Shown piece by piece: positions 40,606 to 53,061 of a stretch of DNA of 64,000 nucleotides. Both the position numbers and the translations under genes were made by a program. The DNA comes from the human T2T-CHM13v2.0 reference genome, Homo sapiens. Numbering within the stretch: the stretch's first letter is position 1; each line of letters begins with the position of its first letter. The stretch is from assembly GCF_009914755.1 (NCBI RefSeq), contig NC_060927.1; one strand, given 5' to 3'. Under the pieces are notes generated by a model that worked only from the letters and a program-made list of their open reading frames with translations, made no database searches and had not been told where the DNA came from.

Positions 40606-40933
40606 TCCTAGGGGACTCCTTCATAAGTGGAACTCACAAAATTATAGATGATTCTTAGACTTGGACTCTCTCAAATTCTGGTTCCTCATTCCATTCCCCT
40701 ACTAGCAGTCAGCTTGAAAACAGCTCTAAAGCTTGCCCTCTGAAGACTCTGATCTCATTACCCCAAACCCCTATTGTCCATAAAACAGATCAGGAATGAG
40801 AATTCAGCTTTTGATCTTACCTTGTAAGAAATATGGACCGAGACCTGGTATGAAAGACATTTGTTTTAAAGCGTCATAGAATCTCATGTTTAGAATGAGC
40901 TTAAAAACCAACTGCTGTTGAAAGTCAGGAGTT

Positions 40934-41610
40934 GGCTGGGCACAGTGGCTCACGCCTATAATCCCAGCTCTCTGGGAGGCCCAGGCAGACAGATTGCATG
41001 AGCCCAGGAGTTCAAGACCGGCCTGAGAAACACGGCAAACCCCATGATATGGTTTGGCTGTATCCCCACCCAAATCTCATCTTGAATTATAGTTTCCATA
41101 ATCCTCACATGTCATGGGAGGAACCTAGTAGGAGGTAGTGGAATTATGGGGGCCGTTACTCCCATGCTGCTGTTCTCATGATAGTGAGTGAGTTCTCACG
41201 AGATCTGATGGTTTCATAAGGGGCTTTTCCGACTTTTGTTTGGCACTTCTTGCTGCTGCCATGTGAAGAAGGACGTGTTTGCTTCCCCCTCCACCATGAT
41301 TGTAAGTTTCCTGAGGCCTCCCCAGCTGTACTGAACTGTGAGTCAATTAAACCTCTTTCCTTTATAAATTACCAGTCTTGGGTATGTCTTTATTAGCAGC
41401 ATGAAGACAGATTAATACACACCATCTCTACAAAAAAATAAAAATATTAGCTGGGCATGATGGCACAAGCCTGTAGCCCCAGCTATTCCCCAGGCAGGAG
41501 GATCGTTTGAGCCCAGGAGGTCGAGGCTGCAGTGAGCCATGGTCACACCACCGCACTCTTGCCTGAGCAACAGAGTGAGACCCTGTCTCAAAAAAAAAAA
41601 AAAAAAAAAA
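40934..41610 (+). mobile_element. AluJ interrupted by a THE1 LTR
   Basis: Left arm 40934-41044; resumes at 41420 and runs to the poly(A). Confidence 0.93.
41045..41419 (+). mobile_element. THE1 (THE1C-like) solo LTR
   Basis: tgatatggtttggctgt...taataca; 5-bp TSD cccca/cacca. Confidence 0.95.
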
Positions 41611-41749
41611 TCCTTCCTGCTGATTTCCTGTATCTTGATGAGAATGAGTTGCACCTTTAGTGGCTGTAGCCTAAGAAGGAAACTGAAGAACTGCAGATCA
41701 GGGACTATCATTTAATGGCTACTGGCTACTGTTACACTTCCTGCAAGCA

Positions 41750-41978
41750 GTAATAGGTAAATAGAAAGTCAGTAGATGGTTACTCTTGGTTGGAGGGTAG
41801 TGACCAGATGAGATTGCACAAGGCTTCTGGAGGAGCAAGAAGCGTTCTCTTTCCTCATCAGGATGCCAGTTACGTGGATGTGCTCACTCTGAGACTTCAT
41901 TGAGATCACTCACAGTTGCACTTACAGCTATGCACTGTTCTGTCTGTATGTCAGTATTTAGTAAAGTTTGAAAAGAAA
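41750..41978 (+). mobile_element. L1ME 3' end
   Basis: tagaaagtcagtagatggttact...ggcttctggagg...tatgcactgttctgtctgtatg. Confidence 0.7.
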
Positions 41979-42039
41979 TCTTGTCATCCTGTGCTATGTG
42001 GTTCTTGTTTTAGTCTTTCTTTGTTGTTGTTGTCTTGTA

Positions 42040-42435
42040 TTTCTTGTTTCAAATATTTACAAAAGAAATTCTCCTTGATAAATCTTTAAACAATACTGAA
42101 GGTATGGAGTAGAAATTGAAGTCATTGTTTCATCTCTATTCTTGCCTGCATTTTCAGTTCTCAGAGGTAACCGAAGTTAAATATCTTACAGATTGTTTAA
42201 GGTTTTCTGCCCTCCTTTATCTGAAATATGGGATGATCATAATACATGGAGTTCTGTAACTTGCCTTATCATTGGCTTTTTTTGCATATCAGATACAGAA
42301 TCAACATAGTTCTTTTTAATACCTGCATAATATTTCATAGTATGGATGCATCCTAATTTATCTTGTTATTCTCCTAAATTGTCAATGAACGTGTCTGTAT
42401 CCTTCTGCTATTATAAATAATGCTTCTTGAACTCC
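42040..42435 (-). mobile_element. L1ME fragment
   Basis: ctgcataatatttcatagtatggatg...tgctattataaataatgct. Confidence 0.65.
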
Positions 42436-42860
42436 CTGAATCTCCCTTGTAACATTTGTGACACTGGTCAAATCCCAACTAAGGTAGCCTGTTTTAGCAT
42501 CCCTTGATTTAAAATACCTTCTTTGAAATTAAGCTTTTGTCCTGGAGTTTTTAATGGGCACAACTCTCTATGATGACTGAAATCTGAAATTTGGGAATTA
42601 CAAACCAGACTTCCTGGGCAGACTTCTGAGTGTGTTCACTGTTGTGTATTATAAATTCAAGACAAATTAGAAAAACAAATGTTTGAGCAGGACTGTATTT
42701 AAGGTATCGTATCTCTGGATGTTTTCTATATCCACTAACAAGATAGGTCATGAATGGAGCCACTCTGTAACCTGATTATTGGTTGACACCATCTCCGGTA
42801 GACTTTTGTCTTCATGAAGTCATGGTTTTGATATTTTGCTGTTTTTATCCCCTCCTTTAA

Positions 42861-43307
<447 letters not shown>

Positions 43308-43395
43308 GCCTGGCTTTCTCTTGATGCCAAGGTTGCTGCTTTTACAATGGCTGGCTGTTGGAGAGTGGCATTTTTCGTTACAATTTAGTATGGGG

Positions 43396-43683
<288 letters not shown>

Positions 43684-44056
43684 TTAGTATGGGATTAAAT
43701 GAATGGATAGCAGGATGAACTGTTGTTTGATAAAGCAGGTACATTTAAATGTTAAGGGAGGTATCTAGGTGGGTTGTATACAGGTGTTCACAGCAAAATT
43801 CTTTCAGCTTTGCTCGTATGCTTAATGCTTTTAGTTAATAAAATGTTGGGGGGAAAGCATATGAAACAATAAGAAAATGGGAAAATCTAATTAATGAGGG
43901 ACTTGATCTGAGTCATATGTAAATGAATTCCCTATCAAGTAACCAGTTCAACAGAGACATCTATTTTTTGAAAAGAAGTTTTGTAGAAATTACAATTATA
44001 CTAATGATGAGTAAGAAGATAATGTTGATCTCATCTCATAGATTTTATGGCATTGT

Positions 44057-44331
44057 TTTTTTTAAAGGCAGGATCTCATTGTGTTACTTAGGCTGGTGGG
44101 CAATCATGGCTCACTGCAGCCTGACCTCCTTCTGGGCTCAAGTGATTGCTCTACTTCAGCCTCCCAAGTAGCATGGACCACAGGCATGTGCCACCATGCC
44201 CAGTTAATTTTTGTAGAAATAAGGTTTCACCATGTTGCTTAGGCTGTTTTCAAACTCCTGAACTCAAGCTATCTGCCCGTCTCAGCCTCCCAGAGTGCTG
44301 GGATTACAGGCATGAGCCACCATGCCCAGCC
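44057..44331 (-). mobile_element. AluJ
   Basis: Antisense diverged dimer. Confidence 0.92.
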
Positions 44332-44439
44332 AATTTTGTGGCATTCTTACTTGCCCTGTGGTGTTAAATACTAACCCCAAACTAGTGTAAGGTTATATTC
44401 AATCATCAAACTTTGTTTTAAGTCATCATCATTCAAATG

Positions 44440-44590
44440 TATGTAAAAGCATCATCTCAATTTTGCATATTTGGAAATGGGGACCCAGAATAATTAAATG
44501 ATTTACCCCTGATCTTAGCACCCGATGAGGCAGAGCTTGAACTTGAACTTTCATTTTCTAATTATTATCTTTTCCACTCCATCATATGTT
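44440..44590 (-). mobile_element. MIR
   Basis: ggacccagaataattaaatgatttaccc...ggcagagcttgaacttgaac. Confidence 0.55.
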
Positions 44591-45039
44591 TTCTCTGATT
44601 ATGAGATTCTGAAATCCACATTTTCCAGAGAATTGATAGAAAGATCATCAAGCCAAGGATTTTGAACTATGATCAAAGCTACAATGGTGGCAGCCCACTG
44701 TTCTTTTTACCACTAAAGCCTTTATCCAGTTCAGAAAATGCCTCTCTCTAATCATTCCTGTTGGGTTTTAACCAATATATCAGGAAGACGTGCTTTGCTG
44801 AGCTTTGGGCAGCCTTGTTTTGCTCTCTGATTCTCTGGTGTCCTTCTGAGCAAAGATACGGTCTGAGAGAGTTAATATTAATACTTTGTGTTTATATAAA
44901 GTAAAATTATAGTGCACAGTGTAATTTTATGGCTAGGTAGGTGGGAAATTATTAGTCTAAATAAATACACTTTTTAGTAGAGCAGCTGTGTTAAGTAAAT
45001 TAAATTCTGCATAAATCTGAAACAGTACCTCGATTTTCA

Positions 45040-45180
45040 TTTTTATTTATTTATATTTTTTGTAGAGAACTAGTATCGCTATGTTGCCCAGGCTAGTCTT
45101 GAACTGCTGGCTTCGAGCAATCCTCCTGCCTCATCCTCCCAAAATGCTGGGATTCTAGGTGTGAGTCACCTCACCTGGCC
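45040..45180 (-). mobile_element. Alu left monomer (FLAM_C-like)
   Basis: Single monomer with T-rich tail. Confidence 0.88.
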
Positions 45181-45569
45181 TCAATCTTTTCTTTATTTCT
45201 TTGTTTCCTTTGGAGTGTTAGTGAGCTTGAGTAGTTGTGCGTTTCATTGTGGTAAAAGATACATGAAGAGTGAATTGTGTTACAGTGAGATCAGGAATAA
45301 AGGAAGATTACACCCTGCGTGATGTGGAGCTGTCTGTTGCTAGGGGCTGATGGATGCATTCCTTTAGAACACTTTGCTGATGAGGCTGGTCTTCTGAGTT
45401 AGGTCCCTAAATGGATCTATTAGATTCACCCTCTTCTTCTTACAGCAGTGGTGGGGTTTGGGTTTTGTTCTTTTTTGGTTTTTCTTTTTCTGCTCATTTC
45501 AAGGGAGACTTTTTTTCCGATGAGCTACATTTTTAGAGCCAGCAAGTGTTTTAAACAGTTGGGATAAAC

Positions 45570-45795
45570 CACCTTTCTTGGCCCCAAATGAATACAAGTC
45601 TTCTCCCCAGAGAAAACTACTGTTAGTTTGTGCTGTTTTTCCAGACGTGAGCCTTCCCTTGCCTTAGATCTATATACTTGGGCATATACCCACAGGACAC
45701 AAACTATACTGAGTTGTATGACATTTTTAAAGTCAAATGTGATCACAGTGTATTTATTTTGCAAGTTGATTTTCTCCTCTAACAATATATCTGAG
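45570..45795 (-). mobile_element. L1ME fragment
   Basis: ccccagagaaaactactgttagtttg...ttttgcaagttgattttc. Confidence 0.55.
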
Positions 45796-45804
45796 AACTT
45801 TCAA

Positions 45805-45858
45805 GGTTGGTCTTGAACTCCTGGTCTGAAGCAATCCTCCTGCTTCAGTCTCCCAAAT
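45805..45858 (-). mobile_element. Short Alu/FLAM fragment
   Basis: ggtcttgaactcctgg...agcaatcctcctgcttcagtctcccaaa. Confidence 0.75.
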
Positions 45859-46096
45859 TAGTGCCTAATTTCTTCCTTCCCCTCCGTAGGTTCTACCATT
45901 CTCCTATTTATTATGCATATCAAGTTTTTCTTCCCCTGATGCCATCGATGGTGGGGCATAGATACTTGAATATTTGTCTTTGTATATGCAGCACTTGTGG
46001 CAAAGTATTAATATTGTGAATAAAGAGCTCCTTAAATAATAAAACAGGAAATCATTAGAAAAAACTAAGTAAAGATTCTTTACTTACTGGTTATTT

Positions 46097-46409
<313 letters not shown>

Positions 46410-47027
46410 TTGTTTGGAAATTTTTAAATGAGAGCAGAAGTACCCATCCAATGGTAAAAAATAAGAAGGATCCATAAATCCAGTGTTACGAATGGTATAG
46501 GAAAATTGGTATTCTCCTGCACTGTTGATTAGAGTAAAAAAATGTGTGTAATCTTTTCAGGGGATGGTTTGGCTTGAACTGCTTCTAGATATCTGTCTTA
46601 GAGGAGGGATTTTTTGCTCACTGAGGCATGTTTACATATTTTTTTAGAGGTAGTGATTTTTAACCTTTCTAGCTTGTGGAGCCCTTGAAGATTCCAGGGA
46701 AGTCCATGGTTGTGTACCGCATGAGACCAGGGCTGAAAATGGGTCTTTCAGCACATGGTTGTAGATGGAACCATAGAAATCTGTCTGATCAATGAACTGT
46801 TGAAGTGATGGACACTGTTCAGTGAATACATGTACCACCTTTGGCAGTCTTTCAGGGGGCTTGCAGCCCTGCTGGAAGCCAGATTCATAGTTCCATAAAT
46901 TTGTTTTTCCCCCTTGATCAGTCATCTGACCAATGCTGTTGGTTATTTTAAGGGATACTGAATAATAATAATAATAAAAAATCCCGGTGGAGCAATGCAA
47001 CGTATTTTCTCCTGTGTGGGAAATAAC

Positions 47028-47085
47028 TCATTCATTCATTCCATAGTCATTTAATGAGTGCCTACCATGTGCTTAGCTTTGTAAG
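47028..47085 (-). mobile_element. L2 3' terminus
   Basis: tcattcattcattc...tttaatgagtgcctaccatgtgc. Confidence 0.65.
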
Positions 47086-47549
47086 GACCCTCCCAGTGGG
47101 AGAGGTCATGATACAACATCCAGAAGAACCTTTTGTAAGGGGATCTCCACCAGAAATGATAAGATGACCTCAGGAACAGAAGAGCTCTTTTAAAGAACAG
47201 ATGTTCTAGACCAGTTGACCCAGCTAACCTTAAAAATACTTCACTGTAGAGGTTCTCCCAAGGACACTAAAGGGTGTGGTTTGGATTTATAGAACTCAGA
47301 AGCGTTTGGAAGCCTTTAGTTGTTTTGGATGTGTGTTCTCAGAAATGTTTTGCAGCAACCTTTTTCTTATGGAGAACCATGATGTGGTAGCATTCAGCTG
47401 TATAGTGCAAAATGTAGTTTTCCAGATAAAAGAGCATAACTTGTCTTTGTGACAAGCTTTCTTGGAGGTCTCTGGCTGGGAGAAGAGGAGGGAATACAAC
47501 CAACTAGATCTACACCTGTGTTAATTTTGCTTAGCTTAATTGCAAATTC

Positions 47550-47590
47550 ATGACGTCATCATTTCCCCGAAAACATGACGAGGTGGAAAA
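47550..47590. promoter_or_regulatory. CRE + GAS + half-CRE + NFAT motif cluster
   Basis: ATGACGTCAT 47550-47559, TTCCCCGAA 47563-47571, ATGACG 47575-47580, TGGAAAA 47584-47590. Confidence 0.45.
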
Positions 47591-48135
47591 TACAATATCA
47601 GAAATGAGGAAAGAACTCTAATGGTAACTTTGGTTGAGAAAGTAACAAACTATATTTCAGGTTTCTTGTATTTCAAAATGGGAGACATATTGCTGATTCC
47701 TAGTTGGTTTTGAATGATTTATAACCTTTTATTTGTGGCTGAGTGTTGCAGTCTATGTTGTCATGGAAATTCTATTGAATTTATAGGTCCATTTATCCAA
47801 AATGATTTTCCAGACTTCATTTCATGGTGAATCATGTGGCTGTTACTCCCAAGTACAAAGCAATTTCTAAAAAGTTTCATATTACAAAGAGCACAAACAC
47901 TGTGGTAGTGATTTTTGTGTTTTTGAAATACAAATGAGTTCCAGATGCACCTAGGGGCCCCTCCCCCTCCACTGTGTCCAAGGCGTTAAGCTCCACTGCA
48001 TTTCAGAACCAGCTTTATACATAGAATAGCCATGCAAGCAAGGAAACGTTGTTTCATTAGAAAAGAAAGCCATTGCAGTCACCTCAAGAGAAGTTGAAAT
48101 TACTGGTTTATGTGTATGGACAAAAGTGCTCTCCT

Positions 48136-48439
48136 GGCTGGGCGCGGTGGCTCATGCCTGTAATCCCAGCACTTTGGGAGGCCGAGGTGGGCGGATCATG
48201 AGGTCAGGAGATCTAGACCATCCTGCTCAACATGGTGAAACCCCCTCTCTGCTAAAATTACAATAATTAGCTGGATGTGGTGGCACGTGCCTGTAATCCC
48301 AGCTACTCAGGAGGCGGAGGCAGGAGAATCACCTGGACTCAGGAGGAGGAGGTTGCAGTGAGCCGAGATCACGCCACTGCACTCCAGCTTGGCGACAAAG
48401 TGAGAGATTCTGACTCAAAAAAAAAAAAAAAAAAAAAAA
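48136..48439 (+). mobile_element. AluS (Sc/Sx3-like)
   Basis: Full dimer with poly(A); flanking tgctctcc duplication. Confidence 0.95.
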
Positions 48440-48581
48440 TCAACTGCTCTCCCAGTTTCAAGCTCCCTCACAGCAGACTTGATCCTCCCCCTCAAGGTTC
48501 AGTAGTGGTGTGAAAGGGAAAGAAAAACAAAGGGCTTTACCATGCCCACTGATAATGTTTCATGTTGACAGGGGGTGTAGG

Positions 48582-49314
48582 ACAGGGTTTCTGCATCTCA
48601 GCACTATGGACATTCTGGGTGGATAATTCTTTTCTTTTTTTTTTTTTTCTTTTGTCAACCTCCAAAGCGTGAGTAGGCACAGGAAACTCCCATGATGTGG
48701 GGCACTATTCTTTGCATTTTGGGGTGTTTAGGAGCACCCCTGGCCTCTACCTGCTAGATCAGTGGTCCCCAACCTTTTTGGCACGAGGGACCGGTTTTGG
48801 GGAAGACAATTTTTCCACGGACCTTGTCCATGGTGGCGATGGTTTCAGGATGAGTCACTTGCATTGTATTTATTGTGCACTTTATTTCTATTATTATTAC
48901 ATTGTAATATATAATGAAATAATTTTACAATGTATAATTGTATAATGTAGAATCAGTGGGAGCCCTGAGCGTGTTTTCTTGCAAGTAGATGGTCCCATCT
49001 AGGGATGATGGGAGACAGCGACAGATCATCAGGCATTAGATTCTCATTAGGAGCGTGCAACCTGGATTCCTTGCATGCGCAGTTCATAATAGGGTTTACG
49101 CTCCTGTGAGAATCTAATGGCATCCTGATCTGACAGGAGGCAGAGCTCAGTCAATAATGTGAGCTATGAGGAGCAGCTGTAAATACAGATGAGGGGGTTA
49201 GGGACCTCTGTGCTAGATGCCTATCACCCCCTCAAAGAGTGACAACCAAAAATGTCTCTAGACATGGCCATATTTCCACTGGGGTACAGAATCACCCCAT
49301 GTTAAGAACACTGC
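48582..49314 (-). mobile_element. MER20 split by MER1A and a short orphan insert
   Basis: ggacattctgggtggataattct...cccctggcctctacctgctagat | tgctagatgcc...gtgacaaccaaaaatgtctc. Confidence 0.85.
48760..49210. mobile_element. MER1A (hAT-Charlie)
   Basis: cagtggtccccaaccttttt start, ggttagggacctctg end; exact 8-bp TSD tgctagat. Confidence 0.92.
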
Positions 49315-49389
49315 TCTGGAAGCTTTGTACTAGGACCCTAGAGAGAACTAACAGGTAGTGCTCATTGCTAATGGAATTCTGGTGAGGAT

Positions 49390-49600
49390 GTTGTGTGGTA
49401 GAACAGTTTTAAGTAAGTGGGCTCTACAAGCAAATGCCTAGATTTGAGTCCCAGTGTTAATTACTTCTTAGATAAGACCTACTATCTCAGCCTTAATTTC
49501 CTTCTGTATAAAATAGGAAAAATAAGAGTATCACTTCTAGAAAATAGTAGTATTGATTTAAGGAATTAATTGATGTAAAACGTTCAGAATCGGGCACATT
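49390..49600 (+). mobile_element. MIR
   Basis: gcctagatttgagtccca...ccttaatttccttctgtataaaatagg. Confidence 0.65.
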
Positions 49601-49844
49601 TAAACAACCCTCCTGAGTGCTTTATGCTTGAGGCTGCCTCAGGGGAAAGGGTAGGCAGGGGCAGTGCCTGGCTCTTGTAATAGTTATTGGGCCCTAGGCT
49701 GGAGGGATTCTCTATGTTAAGGCCAGTCACTGGAACTTGCTCCGTCAAGCAGGTAAGTTCAATCTGACCATACTGTCAGATTTAAAGTAGCTTATATTAA
49801 ATGGAATGAATGCAAAACAGGGCAGTAAACTCGGCCCTACTCTG

Positions 49845-50112
49845 TTTTGGTTTGTTTGTTTGTTTTTAATTGAAGCAGAGTCTCACTGTGTCACCCAGGT
49901 TGGAGTGCAGTGATGCAATCACAGCTCACTGCAGCCTTGAACTCCTGGGCTCAAGTGATCCTCCTGCCTCAGCCTCCTGAGTAGCTAGAACTACTGGTCT
50001 ATGCTATCATGCCCAGCTAGTGTTTTTGTTTTGTTTTGGTTTGGTTTGGTTTTTTGAGATAAGGTCTCCCTATGTTTCTCAGGCTGGTCTCAAACTCCTT
50101 GGCTCCAGGAGA
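49845..50112 (-). mobile_element. AluJ, 5'-truncated
   Basis: Complete right arm; linker expanded to (GTTTT)n; partial left arm. Confidence 0.9.
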
Positions 50113-50969
50113 TCTCAAAAACATCCTGGCACCCAAGTATATGCCTCATAGCCCTAGTGTGCACCTTAGGTTCTACTGCCCCAAAACTTGGGATTCCTGC
50201 CGTAAAGTAGTTGAAGATAATTCCCTGTTACAGGGCAAATGAAAACAGGAAATAATTAAGGATTAGTGTACTCTGTGATTAATGATATTGCATAAAGGAA
50301 GTGTTTGAGAATGTTTATTTAAATGCCACCTTGCCTGCAAAGATACCCGCTACCTACTATTCTTCAGAGCTTGGTTCCTCTAAAAATATTCTTCCAGTGA
50401 ATGCCACACACTGGTTTCTTTGCCACACCCTGTGGCATGACTTCTTGGGATGTTGGCTAGCCTGTGGAAATGGTTTATTTGAACCTTACTTTAAGTATCC
50501 CTTCTGGTCATGAAGAAAGTCATCAGGACATATTGTAAGAGAAAAATGAGAGCTGTTTCATCAGTTTTTACTTCTCCAAAGCAAGCGCTTAGCGAAAATG
50601 TATTACAACAGCCCCTTGAGGTGTGAGTATTACCTCTATTTCACAGAAGGGGACACTGGGCCTTAGAAATCTCCAGGCTCTTCAATATACAAATCCGGTC
50701 TTATTCTATAGCAAATACTCTTAGATCTTCATCTAATACTGCCAACTTTATGGATATTTTTCTGTAAGCTGTAAGAGTGTGAACTGGGCTGTAACAGGGG
50801 CTACATTCTCCAAGGTAGAAGCCTGTTAGAAAGAAGTGAGAGAAGATGATAGAGTTCAGAGCTCAAAGAAGCTCAAAAAGTAACGGAGTTGCAAAATGGT
50901 TTTATAATGTGATACACAGACAGACATACCTGTGTATGTTTGCTTAAAACCGGTAATGATTTTAGGGGG

Positions 50970-51012
50970 TGTATTAGTCAGGGTTCTCCAGAGAAAGAGA
51001 GCCATAGGATCG

Positions 51013-51070
<58 letters not shown>

Positions 51071-51358
51071 GACACACGCACACACACACACACATGCACG
51101 CACAGAGTAACTCCGGCCTATAATTCATGAATTTTAGCTAAGTTACTCTAGCTAAGTTGATCTTGCAGTCTTGAGTTCAAAGGCTGGAAACCTGAGCTCA
51201 ATCTGTGTTGCAGTGTAGAGGCAGAATTCCCTCCTCTTAAAAAGACCTCAGGTCTTCAGCTGATTGCATGAGACCCACCCACATTATAGAGGGTAATCAG
51301 CTTTACTTCTAAAGTCTACTGATTTAAATGTTAATCACATGTAAAAAATACTTTCACA
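50970..51358 (-). mobile_element. MLT2 (ERVL) LTR
   Basis: tgtattagtcagggttctccagaga; gagacccacccacattatagagggtaatc...aatgttaatcacat. Confidence 0.88.
51016..51104. repeat. (TC)24 followed by imperfect (CA)n
   Basis: Read directly. Confidence 0.97.
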
Positions 51359-51834
51359 AAAAATAACAATGATCCTTTTAAAAAGTAACTAGGAATAAAA
51401 ACTTTGTTCAATAGGATAAAACAAAATACCCAGAGTGTTTGTGTTATGTATTTTAATGTAATATGTATAATGTATATTTATCATTTTTCTCCATAATTTA
51501 AATGAATAGATCTTCTTTTGTTGAAGTATTAAAATTTTAGGCCAGAGTTACTTAGACAATGGTTTGACTTTCTTGTGAATTAAAGAGAAAGTAACATAAT
51601 CTGTATTTAGCAGAACCATACCTGGAGTCACTTGGCCATTTCACAGTGATTTTGGCTTGTATTTGCACCTTTCTGAGCATTTACTCCAGCAGTTTAAATT
51701 CCTTCATTCTTTCAATATCTTGAGCCCTCCTTGCCACTGATTTTGTTATTTATTCCAAGAGATGGCATGGATTTTGTTAGTGTTTATGGCTTTATCACTT
51801 GGCTGTCCTTGCTTCAAGCCACTTAGAGCTCCCA

Positions 51835-51920
51835 CTCATTTTATTCATTCCAGAAATAAATTACTAGTATTTACAATGGGCAGCACTGTGCTAGGGACAC
51901 AGCCTTGCACTGCACAGACT
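51835..51920 (-). mobile_element. L2 3' terminus
   Basis: attcattccagaaataaattac...cactgtgctagggacacag. Confidence 0.5.
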
Positions 51921-52254
51921 TACGTCCTGCGTGCATACATCTTTCTGTCTACAGGCAATGGCAGAATTAGAGTTAGAGTGTAGTGTGTTGAGTGTGTGCG
52001 TCCTGGCCTCCTTAATACTAGCCGTTACAAAATAATTTAAAAATCATGTTAGATTAGGAGCTTATTTTACAAAATGCTTAACTCTGTCATCATCCTACGC
52101 ATGTCATCAAAAAAGCAGAACTGGCAGATTCACTGTGTTTGGATGTTTACTTTGCCTTCACTTCACATCTTTATTCTTAGGCACCTGTTTCTTGTCCACC
52201 ACCACGTTCCCACTGGCAGGTTAACACCAAGCTTGATTAGAAAAATACGTTTCC

Positions 52255-52334
52255 CAGGTTTGTCAAAGTAACCTGCACAATGTGCACATGTACCCTAAAA
52301 CTTAAAGTATAATTAAAAAAAAAAAGAAAAAAAA
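52255..52334 (+). mobile_element. Ultra-short young L1 (L1PA2/L1HS-type) with 5' inversion
   Basis: taacctgcacaatgtgcacatgtaccctaaaacttaaagtataat + poly(A); 16-bp TSD agaaaaatac(g/a)tttcc. Confidence 0.92.
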
Positions 52335-53061
52335 AGAAAAATACATTTCCACCTCCTCAGTTCTGTTGTCTGCTGCCTCCTATGTGATTTTTAATTCTGC
52401 TGTTGCCTTTTTGGTTACCCTCTTTATCTCGTCCTGTTTACGTCTCATCTCCATCTGTTCTTTTCTGTAGCTTTTGCCTGTGTGTTCTTCCACTTTAATA
52501 AAAATCCCCAGCAGTATCCTGGAAATGTCTATTGAGTCGTTCAGTAGATTGCCTTCCCCCTGAGCTATCTGCATGCTGTTTCCTTACTTACTCCGTCATG
52601 ATTTTTTTTCTTGGACCATGTGTGGGGGGCACGTGGGAGAAATCGCTTTTTGAGAGGAAATAAAACGTAGAGCTTTCTAAATCTGCATATAAATTACTGT
52701 TGGGTTTTCTACTCTCATGTTGGGATCATTTCCTTTTGCTTCCATGATCACAGCAACCAGGGAGCTGACTTAGGCACACAACTATAATAGTAGGCACACA
52801 ACACACCTTCTGGGAAATGCCCCCTCCTGCCCATTGCCTGTATAAATGTAGTATTTGTTTAATAGATGCCTCACTTGACCATGAGCCACTCATTGCCTTA
52901 TGCTTTTATTTCGTGATACACTCAGTCAGCTTTGGCACTCAAAAATAAAGTTAACCTTGTCTCATTAATGATATTTTAGTCTTCCTAAGTGCAGACTGTA
53001 TCTTCATCTGTCATGGTGCCTTACAGACAATAGGCATTAAGCAATACTCCTGCCAATTGGA

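Noticed and set aside
50856-51128. (RE)n / (SL)n ORFs
   Set aside because: Microsatellite translations
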